From: an uncultured Rikenellaceae bacterium
GTDB lineage: Bacteria; Bacteroidota; Bacteroidia; Bacteroidales; VadinHA17
Length of the DNA: 64,000 nucleotides
Reading direction: 5' to 3'
Assembly (NCBI GenBank): GCA_964639725.1
Contig: CAZXFB010000024.1
Coordinates: 1,638-65,637 of the forward strand
Part shown: positions 56,087 through 64,000 of the stretch, in pieces
How positions within the stretch are numbered: position 1 is the stretch's first letter
Layout of the letters: the number at the start of each line of letters is the position of its first letter
Program-made: the position numbers and the translations under genes
The notes under the pieces: model-generated
Database searches by the model: none
What the model was told of the DNA's origin: nothing
The model's input: the letters and a program-made list of their open reading frames with translations, nothing else

Positions 56087-58519
56087 TCAGACATTAACCA
56101 CTCTCATCAGATCAGCAAAAACACCTGCAGCAGTAACTTCAGCACCTGCACCATATCCCTTAATTACCATTGGTAATTCACGATAACGGTCAGTTGTAAG
56201 CAGAACAATATTATTACTTCCGGCCAGATCATATGAGGGGTGTGACTGATCTATTGTTATCAATTCGACTTTTGCTTTTCCGTTGTCAAGAGTTGCAAGG
56301 AACCTCCACTTTTTTTTCTCTTTTTCCAGTTGTTTCCTTTTACTCTCAAATTCATCATCGTATTTTTTTACCTCTTCAAAAAAATCTTCAATGTTTCCTT
56401 TAAAACATTTTTCAGGAAGAAAACTTGTTACCGTAACTTCATCTTTTTGGATAGGGAAACCAGCCTCCCGTGATAAAATAAGTATTTTCCTAACTACATC
56501 GGTGCCACTCAGATCAATTCTGGGATCTGGTTCAGAAAACCCCTTTTCTTTAGCTCTCCTTATCGCAGTACTGAGCGAAACATCAGGGCCTATCTCATTG
56601 AAAATAAAGTTAAGTGTACCTGAAAGAACAGCTTCAATCTTATGTATCTTATCTCCGCTCAGAACAAGATCATTGATTGTTTTAATAATCGGTAATCCCG
56701 CACCAACTGTTGTTTCATACATGAATCTCACACTTCTTTCATTTGCTATACTCTTGAGTTTCTGATAGTAATTATAATCAGATGAACATGCAATTTTATT
56801 TGCAGTAACAACTGAAACATATCCTGAAAGTATTTGCTCATATTTCATTGCAACATGCTCATCTGCCGTACAATCAATGAATATAGAATTTCTGAGATTC
56901 ATCATTATCATCCTGCGAATGAACTCTTCAATATTTCCTTTTTCACCTGATGTTTTGAGAATTTCCCTGTAGTTTTCAAGCTCTATACCTTTAGTATCGG
57001 TGATCATCTTTCTTGAATTTGCCACCCCCATAAGATGTACCTTAAGGCTATGTTCTTTAAGAAGAGTACCCTTCTGTTTTTCAATTTGTTTCAATAAACT
57101 TGATCCCACAATTCCGGTACCTGCAACAAAGAGGAACATCTCCTTATATTGTGAAAGGAAAAAACCGTCATGAATAACATTGAGAGCTTTTTTCAGACTT
57201 TCATTTTTAATAACTACTGAAATATTCAATTCTGAGGAACCCTGAGCTGTTGCAATTACATTAATACCGTTTCTGGCGAGCGATCTGAAAAGAGTAGCTG
57301 AGATTCCGGGAGTGTTTTTCATCTTTTCACCGACAATGGCTATTATCGATAAATTCTTTTCAACCTGGATCTTAAGTTCATTGTTAAGTTCAATCTCACG
57401 CCTGAATTCTTCTGTAAGTGATTTAACTGCCAGACCGGAGGCAGAAGGATGAACAGCAAATGTTATCGAATACTCTGAAGAGGCCTGAGTAATTAAAACA
57501 ATATTAATTTCATTTCTGGCAAGTGCTCCAAAAAGCCTCATGGATGTTCCGGTAACTCCTACCATTGCTGTTCCCTGTAAAGTGATTAGGTCAATATGAT
57601 CAATTGATGATATGCCTTTTATAGGACTACGGCTTTCACCAGAGGAACTATTACTGATAAGTGTCCCCTTCGATTCAGGATTAAATGAGTTAAGGACAAC
57701 AACAGGTATGTTTTTTTTATAAACAGGACGAAGAGTAGGGGTATATATTACTTTGGCCCCGAAATGTGAAAGCTCAATAGCTTCAGAATATGTTAGCGTT
57801 TCAATAGCATAGGCTTTGTCTACTTTCCTGGGGTCAGCAGACATAAATCCATCTACATCTGTCCATATCTCGAGACATTCTGCATTGAGTGCAGCTGCAA
57901 TAAGGGCAGCAGTATAATCAGATCCCCCTCTGCCAAGTGTTGTTGTTTCTCCGTTGACACTACTGGCAATAAATCCTGGTACAATAGCCATGTTATCTAT
58001 TGATCCTAAATACTTATTTATCAATGATTCTGTAAGAATATGGTCAACATTTGCATTCCCGAATTTATCATCAGTTTTGATAAATTCACGGGAATCAATT
58101 AGTGTAGAATCGTCAAAAAGCCTGCTTATTATAAATGAGGAGAGCCTTTCTCCAAAACCAAGTATCTTGTCACTGGCATGCCGGCTTATCTCACGGAGCA
58201 GGTACACTCCATTCAATGTTTCTATCAGCTCATCAAACAGACCTGCAATTGTTTTCAGGACAGATTTAAGTATTTCCGGATCAGTTATTAAATCTCTTGT
58301 ATATTCTAAATGTTTGTTAATGAGATTATTGAGAGTATTTTTATAAACATCATTTCTTTGCGATGCCAATTCGCTGATATGATTAAGCTGATCGGTCACA
58401 CCCTGAAATGCGGAAACAACAATAACACATCGGGAAGTTTGTGATTCAATTATCTTTTTCACTTCCATTATTCGCCCAGGTGTTCCGACAGAAGAACCAC
58501 CAAATTTCAGAACTTTCAT
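56087..58519 (-). CDS. thrA: Bifunctional aspartokinase / homoserine dehydrogenase
   Basis: About 810 aa from the ATG at 58519 (MKVLKFGGSSVG, the aspartokinase N-terminus). It has ACT repeats and a homoserine dehydrogenase C-terminal half (FVAGTGIVGSSLL…, GAGAEVTAAGVFADL). The track start at 58525 is a GTG two codons upstream. Confidence 0.92.
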   Translation of the reverse strand: MKVLKFGGSSVGTPGRIMEVKKIIESQTSRCVIVVSAFQGVTDQLNHISELASQRNDVYKNTLNNLINKHLEYTRDLITDPEILKSVLKTIAGLFDELIETLNGVYLLREISRHASDKILGFGERLSSFIISRLFDDSTLIDSREFIKTDDKFGNANVDHILTESLINKYLGSIDNMAIVPGFIASSVNGETTTLGRGGSDYTAALIAAALNAECLEIWTDVDGFMSADPRKVDKAYAIETLTYSEAIELSHFGAKVIYTPTLRPVYKKNIPVVVLNSFNPESKGTLISNSSSGESRSPIKGISSIDHIDLITLQGTAMVGVTGTSMRLFGALARNEINIVLITQASSEYSITFAVHPSASGLAVKSLTEEFRREIELNNELKIQVEKNLSIIAIVGEKMKNTPGISATLFRSLARNGINVIATAQGSSELNISVVIKNESLKKALNVIHDGFFLSQYKEMFLFVAGTGIVGSSLLKQIEKQKGTLLKEHSLKVHLMGVANSRKMITDTKGIELENYREILKTSGEKGNIEEFIRRMIMMNLRNSIFIDCTADEHVAMKYEQILSGYVSVVTANKIACSSDYNYYQKLKSIANERSVRFMYETTVGAGLPIIKTINDLVLSGDKIHKIEAVLSGTLNFIFNEIGPDVSLSTAIRRAKEKGFSEPDPRIDLSGTDVVRKILILSREAGFPIQKDEVTVTSFLPEKCFKGNIEDFFEEVKKYDDEFESKRKQLEKEKKKWRFLATLDNGKAKVELITIDQSHPSYDLAGSNNIVLLTTDRYRELPMVIKGYGAGAEVTAAGVFADLMRVVNV

Positions 58520-58536
58520 AACCACTCTTTATTGAA

Positions 58537-58562
58537 TAAAAAATTGCATCACAGGATGCAAT
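58537..58562 (-). promoter_or_regulatory. Terminator-like hairpin plus T-run 18 nt upstream of the thrA start (candidate attenuator)
   Basis: The minus strand reads ATTGCATC-ctgt-GATGCAAT-TTTTTT, an 8-bp perfect stem at 58543-58550 and 58555-58562. A separate terminator for the upstream gene already exists at 58713-58743. Confidence 0.45.
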
Positions 58563-58712
58563 GAATTAAGTTGTAAAAATAGCAAAAATCATGTAAAAAT
58601 ATAGAATTAATTAAATGCATTAAAAATTTTGGTCATCTATATTTGTGATTATCAGAATATACGAAAAATTTATTAATGGTATTTAAAATGATCTCTCCTT
58701 ATGTGAACTTTA

Positions 58713-58743
58713 CAAAAAAAAGAGACTTTGAAAATAAGTCTCT
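58713..58743 (-). terminator. Rho-independent terminator of the POT transporter gene
   Basis: The minus strand reads AGAGACTT-attttca-AAGTCTCT followed by TTTTTTTT. The stems are at 58721-58728 and 58736-58743. It lies 26 nt downstream of the stop at 58769. Confidence 0.8.
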
Positions 58744-58768
58744 TATAAGAATATCTGAATTGATTATT

Positions 58769-60598
58769 TCAGCTTGATGCAGCTTTCTCGAGCCTTTTCA
58801 GTATAGAAAATATAAATGTGAACGAAACCAGACAGCATCCTATAAATACCAGCCACAAGGCGCTTAATTCAACCTTATCCCATAGCAAAGTGCCTATGAA
58901 GAGAAGCTTATTTCCAACTGCAGTTGCAAGCAACCACCCACCCTGCATCAAGCCCTGGAACCTTGAAGGAGCTACTTTTGATACGAATGAGAGTCCCATA
59001 GGGCTAAGGAATAATTCAGCAATTGTAAGGATAAGATAACTGCTTACAAGCCAGTAGGGAGATACTCTGAAAGAATCCTGAACAGGATTTCCTGCAAGCG
59101 ATTCAGGAGATGGAAGGCCTATTGATGATATATACACCACAATAAATCCAAGAGCTGCAATTATCATCCCGATACCTATTTTTTTTGGAGTAGATGGCTC
59201 AATTCCCTTTTTATTCAGCCAGGCAAATGCTCCCATGACAGGAAAAGTAAGAGCTACAATGAATAGTGGATTGAATGTCTGAAAAACTTCAGGCGAGATA
59301 GAATTAAGTGTTCTGAACGGAGTGAAAACTTTACTTAATAATCCGGTAGGATCAAATCCGTTAATAAAAAACAATGCAAACAGAAGTGAAATAACAAACA
59401 TAATTCCACCCGTAATCTTGATCTTGTTTCTGAGATTCTTATAGAGTATCAGAACAAGACCTGCTATAGCACCAACAACAGCAAGCATTGAAGGCAGAGT
59501 GAAGAACAGATTTGTAAATGGAGTTACCTGTTTTGCAGTGTAATCACGGGCAAACAGTGTGAGTGTAAGTCCATTCTGATGAAATGACATCCAGAAAAAG
59601 ATCACAACGATAAATACCAGTACCAGTGCCGTAATGCGGGCTCTTTCCTCTTTATGAGATGTAAGAATGATCCATGTAACAAAACCGGCAAAAAGGCCAA
59701 ATGCAAAACCTGCCGCCCATCCTACCTGCTTAATAAAGTGGAGCCCGAATGCCGTAATTCCCATCGCAAAAAGCGCAGCTATTAAGACTGAAGGTTTAAA
59801 TTCAATACTGGTTCCAGTCTCTTTTACTGTTTTTTCTTTATTTGGTAAAAATTTGTTAAAGAAAATATAGACCAGGAGTGATAATACCATTGCCCCTGCC
59901 GCAACTCCGAATGCATAGTTATACCCTTTTGAAAAAACATCAAGGTAACTGGTTGCAAATTTTCCCAGATCTGTAACGGCACCTCCCATATTAACAGAAT
60001 TTGCAAGTTGCTGAAAAGTAGAAGTGTCTGTAAGTGTTCCGTTTATGTATTGATGACACAGTGACGGAAGGCTTCCGTCATGAGTAAAACCATTTACTTT
60101 CAGCCACCAGTTTCGCATTCCTGTTGCGGCGAACGGTGCAAAGAATGCTCCGACATTTATACCCATATAGAAAATCATAAATGCAGAATCTCTCAGTTTG
60201 GAGTATTTCGGGTCGTCATACATCTGACCTACAACCGCCTGAAGATTACCTTTAAAAAGACCATTGCCGAGGGCAATTGTAAAAAGACCTATAATGGTTA
60301 TTGTCAGTGTCATTCCGGGTACCGCCATTATAATATAACCAGCAAACATGATCACAATACCGGCAAGAATAACCAGTTTATATTTCTTTGTAACATCGGC
60401 AAGTATACCACCAACCAGCGCTAAAGCATAAATGCTGAAATAAAACCAACTATATATTCCTCCTGCTTTTTCTGCTGATAATCCAAATTTGGCTTGCAGG
60501 AAAAGTACAAGTATGGCCATCATGGTATAAAACCCAAAGCGTTCCCCCATATTTGAGAAGAAGGCAACTAGCAATCCTTTTGGATGGTTTTTTAGCAT
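58769..60598 (-). CDS. POT/PTR2-family proton-dependent di/tripeptide transporter
   Basis: 609 aa. The N-terminus HPKGLLVAFFSNMGERFGFYTMMAILVLFL contains the PTR2 signature (ExxERFxYY-like), with about 14 TM helices. Confidence 0.88.
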   Translation of the reverse strand: MLKNHPKGLLVAFFSNMGERFGFYTMMAILVLFLQAKFGLSAEKAGGIYSWFYFSIYALALVGGILADVTKKYKLVILAGIVIMFAGYIIMAVPGMTLTITIIGLFTIALGNGLFKGNLQAVVGQMYDDPKYSKLRDSAFMIFYMGINVGAFFAPFAATGMRNWWLKVNGFTHDGSLPSLCHQYINGTLTDTSTFQQLANSVNMGGAVTDLGKFATSYLDVFSKGYNYAFGVAAGAMVLSLLVYIFFNKFLPNKEKTVKETGTSIEFKPSVLIAALFAMGITAFGLHFIKQVGWAAGFAFGLFAGFVTWIILTSHKEERARITALVLVFIVVIFFWMSFHQNGLTLTLFARDYTAKQVTPFTNLFFTLPSMLAVVGAIAGLVLILYKNLRNKIKITGGIMFVISLLFALFFINGFDPTGLLSKVFTPFRTLNSISPEVFQTFNPLFIVALTFPVMGAFAWLNKKGIEPSTPKKIGIGMIIAALGFIVVYISSIGLPSPESLAGNPVQDSFRVSPYWLVSSYLILTIAELFLSPMGLSFVSKVAPSRFQGLMQGGWLLATAVGNKLLFIGTLLWDKVELSALWLVFIGCCLVSFTFIFSILKRLEKAASS

Positions 60599-60773
60599 AA
60601 TACTGGTTATTAATAAGTTAGTAATTAATACATATTCAGGATTATAGCATTAAAATATAATGCTTTATAATATTGTTAGTAAGCAAATATATTAATCTTT
60701 TCGATAGTAAAGAATCAACTTTCTTTTTAATTACCTGCGAAGAGATTAAATTTGCAGAAATAACCCCGGCCAG

Positions 60774-62285
60774 ATGAAGATATTTAGGTGTGACCAGATT
60801 AAAGAAATTGATAAATTTACTGTAAAGGAAGAACCTGTCTCGTCAGTTGATCTTATGGAGAGAGCAGCAAATCAGGTCTTTAACTGGTATAATGAGAGAT
60901 TTGAACGTTCAAGGCGAATAGTCATTTTTTCGGGACCAGGCAATAATGGGGGAGACGGGCTTGCACTGGCAAGAATACTTGCTGCAAACAGGTTTGAAAC
61001 AGAAGTTTATTATTTGCAGTTCAGTGAGAAAACGTCAGAGGACTGGTTAATAAACAGGGGAAGACTTGAGAAGGAGACAAAAGTCCCGTTTAATATTATA
61101 AGTAAAAGCTCTCATTTTCCTGTAATCTTTGAAGATGATATCATTATAGATTCTATTTTTGGATCTGGCCTCAGCCGTCCTGCAGAAGGATTGCCTGCTG
61201 ACATAATAAAACAAATTAACGTTTCGGGAGCTCTTGTACTATCTATAGATATTCCTTCCGGTTTGTTCGGGGAAGATAATTCGCTGAATATCAGCGATAA
61301 TATTATTAGAGCTGATTATACACTAAGTTTTCAGTTTCCTAAACTCTCTTTTTTATTTCCTGAGAATAACACATATACAGGTAATTGGATCATATTACCT
61401 ATCGGGTTAAGTATCAATTCAATAAAAAATATGGCAACACCATACTTTTACATTGAAAAAAGTGATGTGGCACCTCTGCTTAAAAAGAGAAATAAGTTTG
61501 ACCACAAAGGAATCTTTGGTCATGGTCTGTTAATAGCCGGATCATATGGAAAAATGGGAGCTGCTGTACTGGGAGCAACAGCAGCTCTGCGTACCGGAAT
61601 AGGACTAATTACCTGTCATATACCTTCATGCGGGAATATTATTTTACAGAGTGCCCTCCCCGAATCAATGGTGGAGCCGGATAAATCAGTAAAGCACATT
61701 TCTAAAATTGGGAATACTGATAAATTTAATGCAGTAGGTATAGGACCGGGTATGGGAATTGGAAAAGAATCACAGGAAGTACTGCAGAATCTTTTAATTA
61801 GTTGCAGAAAACCAATGGTTATTGATGCTGATGCGCTGAATGCTCTTGGAATGAACAGAAAATGGTATTCACTTCTAAATGAGAATATTATTCTTACACC
61901 ACATCCCAAAGAATTTGAAAGGCTTACTGTTGCAACCGAAAATAGTTTTGTAAGACTAAATAATCAAATAGAGTTTTCAAAGAAACATAATTGCATTGTT
62001 GTGTTGAAGGGAGCCTACACATCAATTTCCACACCCGGAGGTAAAATTTATTTTAATAGCACTGGTAATCCTGGTATGGCGACTGGAGGTAGTGGTGATG
62101 TTCTTACAGGAATAATATTATCTTTGCTTGCCCAGGGATATACTACTGAGAATGCAGCTGTGGCTGGTGTGTTTATTCATGGGCTTGCAGGCGATATTGC
62201 TGCTTCTAAATCAAGTTTTGAATCATTGTTGCCATCAGATTTGATTGATGAAATTGGAACGGCTTTTAACAGAATACGGTCATAG
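60774..62285 (+). CDS. nnr: Bifunctional NAD(P)H-hydrate repair enzyme (epimerase / ADP-dependent dehydratase)
   Basis: 503 aa. The YjeF N-terminal domain (GPGNNGGDGLALAR) is followed by the carbohydrate-kinase-like C-terminal domain (HKGIFGHGLLIAGSYGKMGAAVL, GGSGDVLTG). Confidence 0.9.
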   Translation: MKIFRCDQIKEIDKFTVKEEPVSSVDLMERAANQVFNWYNERFERSRRIVIFSGPGNNGGDGLALARILAANRFETEVYYLQFSEKTSEDWLINRGRLEKETKVPFNIISKSSHFPVIFEDDIIIDSIFGSGLSRPAEGLPADIIKQINVSGALVLSIDIPSGLFGEDNSLNISDNIIRADYTLSFQFPKLSFLFPENNTYTGNWIILPIGLSINSIKNMATPYFYIEKSDVAPLLKKRNKFDHKGIFGHGLLIAGSYGKMGAAVLGATAALRTGIGLITCHIPSCGNIILQSALPESMVEPDKSVKHISKIGNTDKFNAVGIGPGMGIGKESQEVLQNLLISCRKPMVIDADALNALGMNRKWYSLLNENIILTPHPKEFERLTVATENSFVRLNNQIEFSKKHNCIVVLKGAYTSISTPGGKIYFNSTGNPGMATGGSGDVLTGIILSLLAQGYTTENAAVAGVFIHGLAGDIAASKSSFESLLPSDLIDEIGTAFNRIRS

Positions 62286-62434
62286 AATTAATGAAATCTT
62301 ATTTTTATTTTACTTCTTTGACAATTGAATTTAATAACTTTTATTAGGACATGGTAAAAAAGTTCATTAAGCTAAATTATATCAGATTAATCCGGGTATA
62401 TTGATCTTAGCTTACCTAAAAATAAAACTTTATA

Positions 62435-63559
62435 ATGATGAGAAGAATAATCAGAATTTCCATAATGATGTCATTTGTAGTAATAAATGTTTCATGTTTG
62501 CTTCAAAAAAAGCTGGTTCAACCTTCAGCTGTGGTTTCACCACTTACAGACACAACAATAATCAGAGATGGAAGTTTGGTTTACGGATTGCCACAGACTA
62601 TCCTGTCAATTTCAGTTGAAATGGAAAGAACAATTGACAAACCAGGGCCCTATTGGAAATATGCAGGTGACCTTCTGGGATTACAGGATGTTATAAAAAT
62701 CGAAGAAGAAAACTGGACAATAACAGCGATTACTGTTAAAACTTATGAAGAATTGGATCCTTCAGCATTTTATGTTATTGAAAGTAATACTACTTTTCAA
62801 ACAAATGTTCTGGCTCTTAAAAAAGAAGGATTTGTCCTTGACCTGAATCCTTCAGGTAATAATTCTGAAAGAAGTACAATTGGTAATAAAGATTATTTTG
62901 CAGGACATGCCTGGCCTTATGATCTTGGTTCTGATGAATATTACCAGGTGCAAAGTGATACAGCTTACAAGCGGGTAAGTATCGATTCTTCTTTTGTAAG
63001 AATTCCTTATCTTGTTGAAAAGAAAAAGAGACTGACAGTGGATCAGCTTGCTGAGAAAGCTGCAAAAAGGCTGATGGAACTCAGGGAAGGGAAGATTCTG
63101 ATTCTTACTGGTGAAGCAAACGTGTTTCCGCAGAATGAAGCTGCTCTGAATGAAATAAACAGGCTTGAGAAAGATTATTCGGAATTATTTACCGGGAAAA
63201 GCTGGAAAGAGAACAGGTCCTATACATTTCAGATAAATCCCAAAAAAGAAATGGCTGGCAAACCATTTGTATTATTTATGTTCTCTGAATTGACAGGACC
63301 ATCAACCGGTTCAGAAAAGGGAGGATTACCTGTTACAGTTGAGCTAATACTAGAACAGAAGTTAAGGGAACTTACAATTATTAAAAAGCAGGAGGCCGAT
63401 CCTTTAATTACTGGATTTGATAAACTTTATTTCAGGATTCCGGATGTTGCCACTCTGAAGATCAATAAAGGAAATGAGACTCTCTTCAATTCAAGGAAAT
63501 TGATATATCAATTTGGTGAATTGATGCAACTTCCTGCAAACTATATTATAGGCAAGTAA
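62435..63559 (+). CDS. Hypothetical lipoprotein (possibly DUF4831-like)
   Basis: 374 aa. The signal and lipobox-like N-terminus is MMRRIIRISIMMSFVVINVSC. No catalytic motif recognised. Confidence 0.45.
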   Translation: MMRRIIRISIMMSFVVINVSCLLQKKLVQPSAVVSPLTDTTIIRDGSLVYGLPQTILSISVEMERTIDKPGPYWKYAGDLLGLQDVIKIEEENWTITAITVKTYEELDPSAFYVIESNTTFQTNVLALKKEGFVLDLNPSGNNSERSTIGNKDYFAGHAWPYDLGSDEYYQVQSDTAYKRVSIDSSFVRIPYLVEKKKRLTVDQLAEKAAKRLMELREGKILILTGEANVFPQNEAALNEINRLEKDYSELFTGKSWKENRSYTFQINPKKEMAGKPFVLFMFSELTGPSTGSEKGGLPVTVELILEQKLRELTIIKKQEADPLITGFDKLYFRIPDVATLKINKGNETLFNSRKLIYQFGELMQLPANYIIGK

Positions 63560-63616
63560 TATATAATTCTGAAAACATATCCGGATTTTTTCCTGCGGGT
63601 TTACTGCCAGGAGTTT

Positions 63617-64000
63617 TTATTGAATTTTTCCTTTAAAATTCTTTTGAAAATCCTCCCACTTTTGGGTTTCATAAACTTTATCAGCAAAGTAGCTGAGTAA
63701 AATCTCCATCTCTTTTGCAACTTTGAAACCCGGAACTGGTGAAACGGAATATACTGAATCCTGCTTTGTAAGGAACACCACTGTTGGATAGGATAGTTGA
63801 CCCTGGAGAAGTGCTGTAGCAAGTTGATGTGCATTTCCTGATTTGCCATCATTAATGAAAGTCTGCCCCAGGAAATTTATGCTCTCCTTACTCTCTGCAT
63901 TGAACTTTACAGGATAAAATTTATTATTAAGTATATCTGCAATAACGGAATTAGTGAAAGTCTCCTTGTCCATTTTTTTGCACCATCCGCACCAGTCAGT
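63617..64000 (-). CDS. Thioredoxin-fold protein (Thioredoxin_7/DUF255-like), C-terminal part; the gene runs off the right edge
   Basis: The frame stays open to the window end. Reverse translation of 63961-64000 gives TDWCGWCKKMDKE, a WCxxC redox motif, continuing into the track ORF 63617-63973. Confidence 0.65.
   Translation of the reverse strand, partial: TDWCGWCKKMDKETFTNSVIADILNNKFYPVKFNAESKESINFLGQTFINDGKSGNAHQLATALLQGQLSYPTVVFLTKQDSVYSVSPVPGFKVAKEMEILLSYFADKVYETQKWEDFQKNFKGKIQ

Noticed and set aside
62401-62619. 72-aa ORF overlapping the start of the 62435-63559 lipoprotein gene, and the 63601-63852 ORF overlapping the thioredoxin-fold gene
   Set aside because: They are alternative frames of regions already explained by longer ORFs with signal-peptide or WCxxC features. 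There is no independent support.
1-64000. Mobile elements, CRISPR arrays, defence islands, tRNA/rRNA genes
   Set aside because: I looked for transposase, integrase or recombinase motifs, terminal inverted repeats, regularly spaced direct repeats and cloverleaf-like tRNA sequences in the intergenic regions (2417-2869, 6582-6896, 33249-33741, 36743-37146, 37939-38174) and found none. A computational scan (tRNAscan-SE, Infernal, minced) would be needed for certainty.

Overview
The window is AT-rich, gene-dense chromosomal DNA that looks Bacteroidota-like. Supporting signs are a T9SS C-terminal sorting domain, many Tat- or lipoprotein-signal glycan and peptide scavenging enzymes, DUF1080 and Gfo/Idh/MocA genes, and no obvious Shine-Dalgarno use. 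I can support about 45 protein-coding genes. I found no rRNA, tRNA, CRISPR array, transposase, integrase or prophage signal.

Most of the content is housekeeping or scavenging:
- Cell wall: mltG, murB.
- Secreted glycoside hydrolases and an esterase: GH109-like, GH29, GH140-like and CE15-like.
- Peptide and glutathione salvage: ggt, an M20 amidohydrolase and DPP III.
- Phosphate: a Pit transporter with a PhoU-like partner.
- Threonine biosynthesis: a thrA-thrC-thrH operon.
- Others: a POT peptide transporter and nnr.

The most unusual locus is a tightly packed seven-gene operon at 6897-16198. It is homologous to the Hyf/Hyc group-4 membrane-bound [NiFe] hydrogenases and to complex I. Read directly from the translations, its catalytic subunits have lost the [NiFe]-ligating cysteines in the large subunit. 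They have also lost three of the four proximal [4Fe-4S] cysteines in the NuoB-like subunit. This matches an Ehr-like (energy-converting hydrogenase related) complex of unknown reaction rather than a hydrogenase.

Secondary points of interest:
- A NapC/NirT-like heptaheme cytochrome next to a DoxX fusion protein with an internal Tat-like segment and an unassigned domain.
- A DUF1080 / Tat-Gfo-Idh-MocA / DUF1080 cassette.
- ThrH sitting where thrB normally sits, with a terminator-like hairpin and an 8-codon Ile/Thr-containing mini-ORF just upstream of thrA.

All function calls rest on motif and family recognition by eye; no database search was possible.
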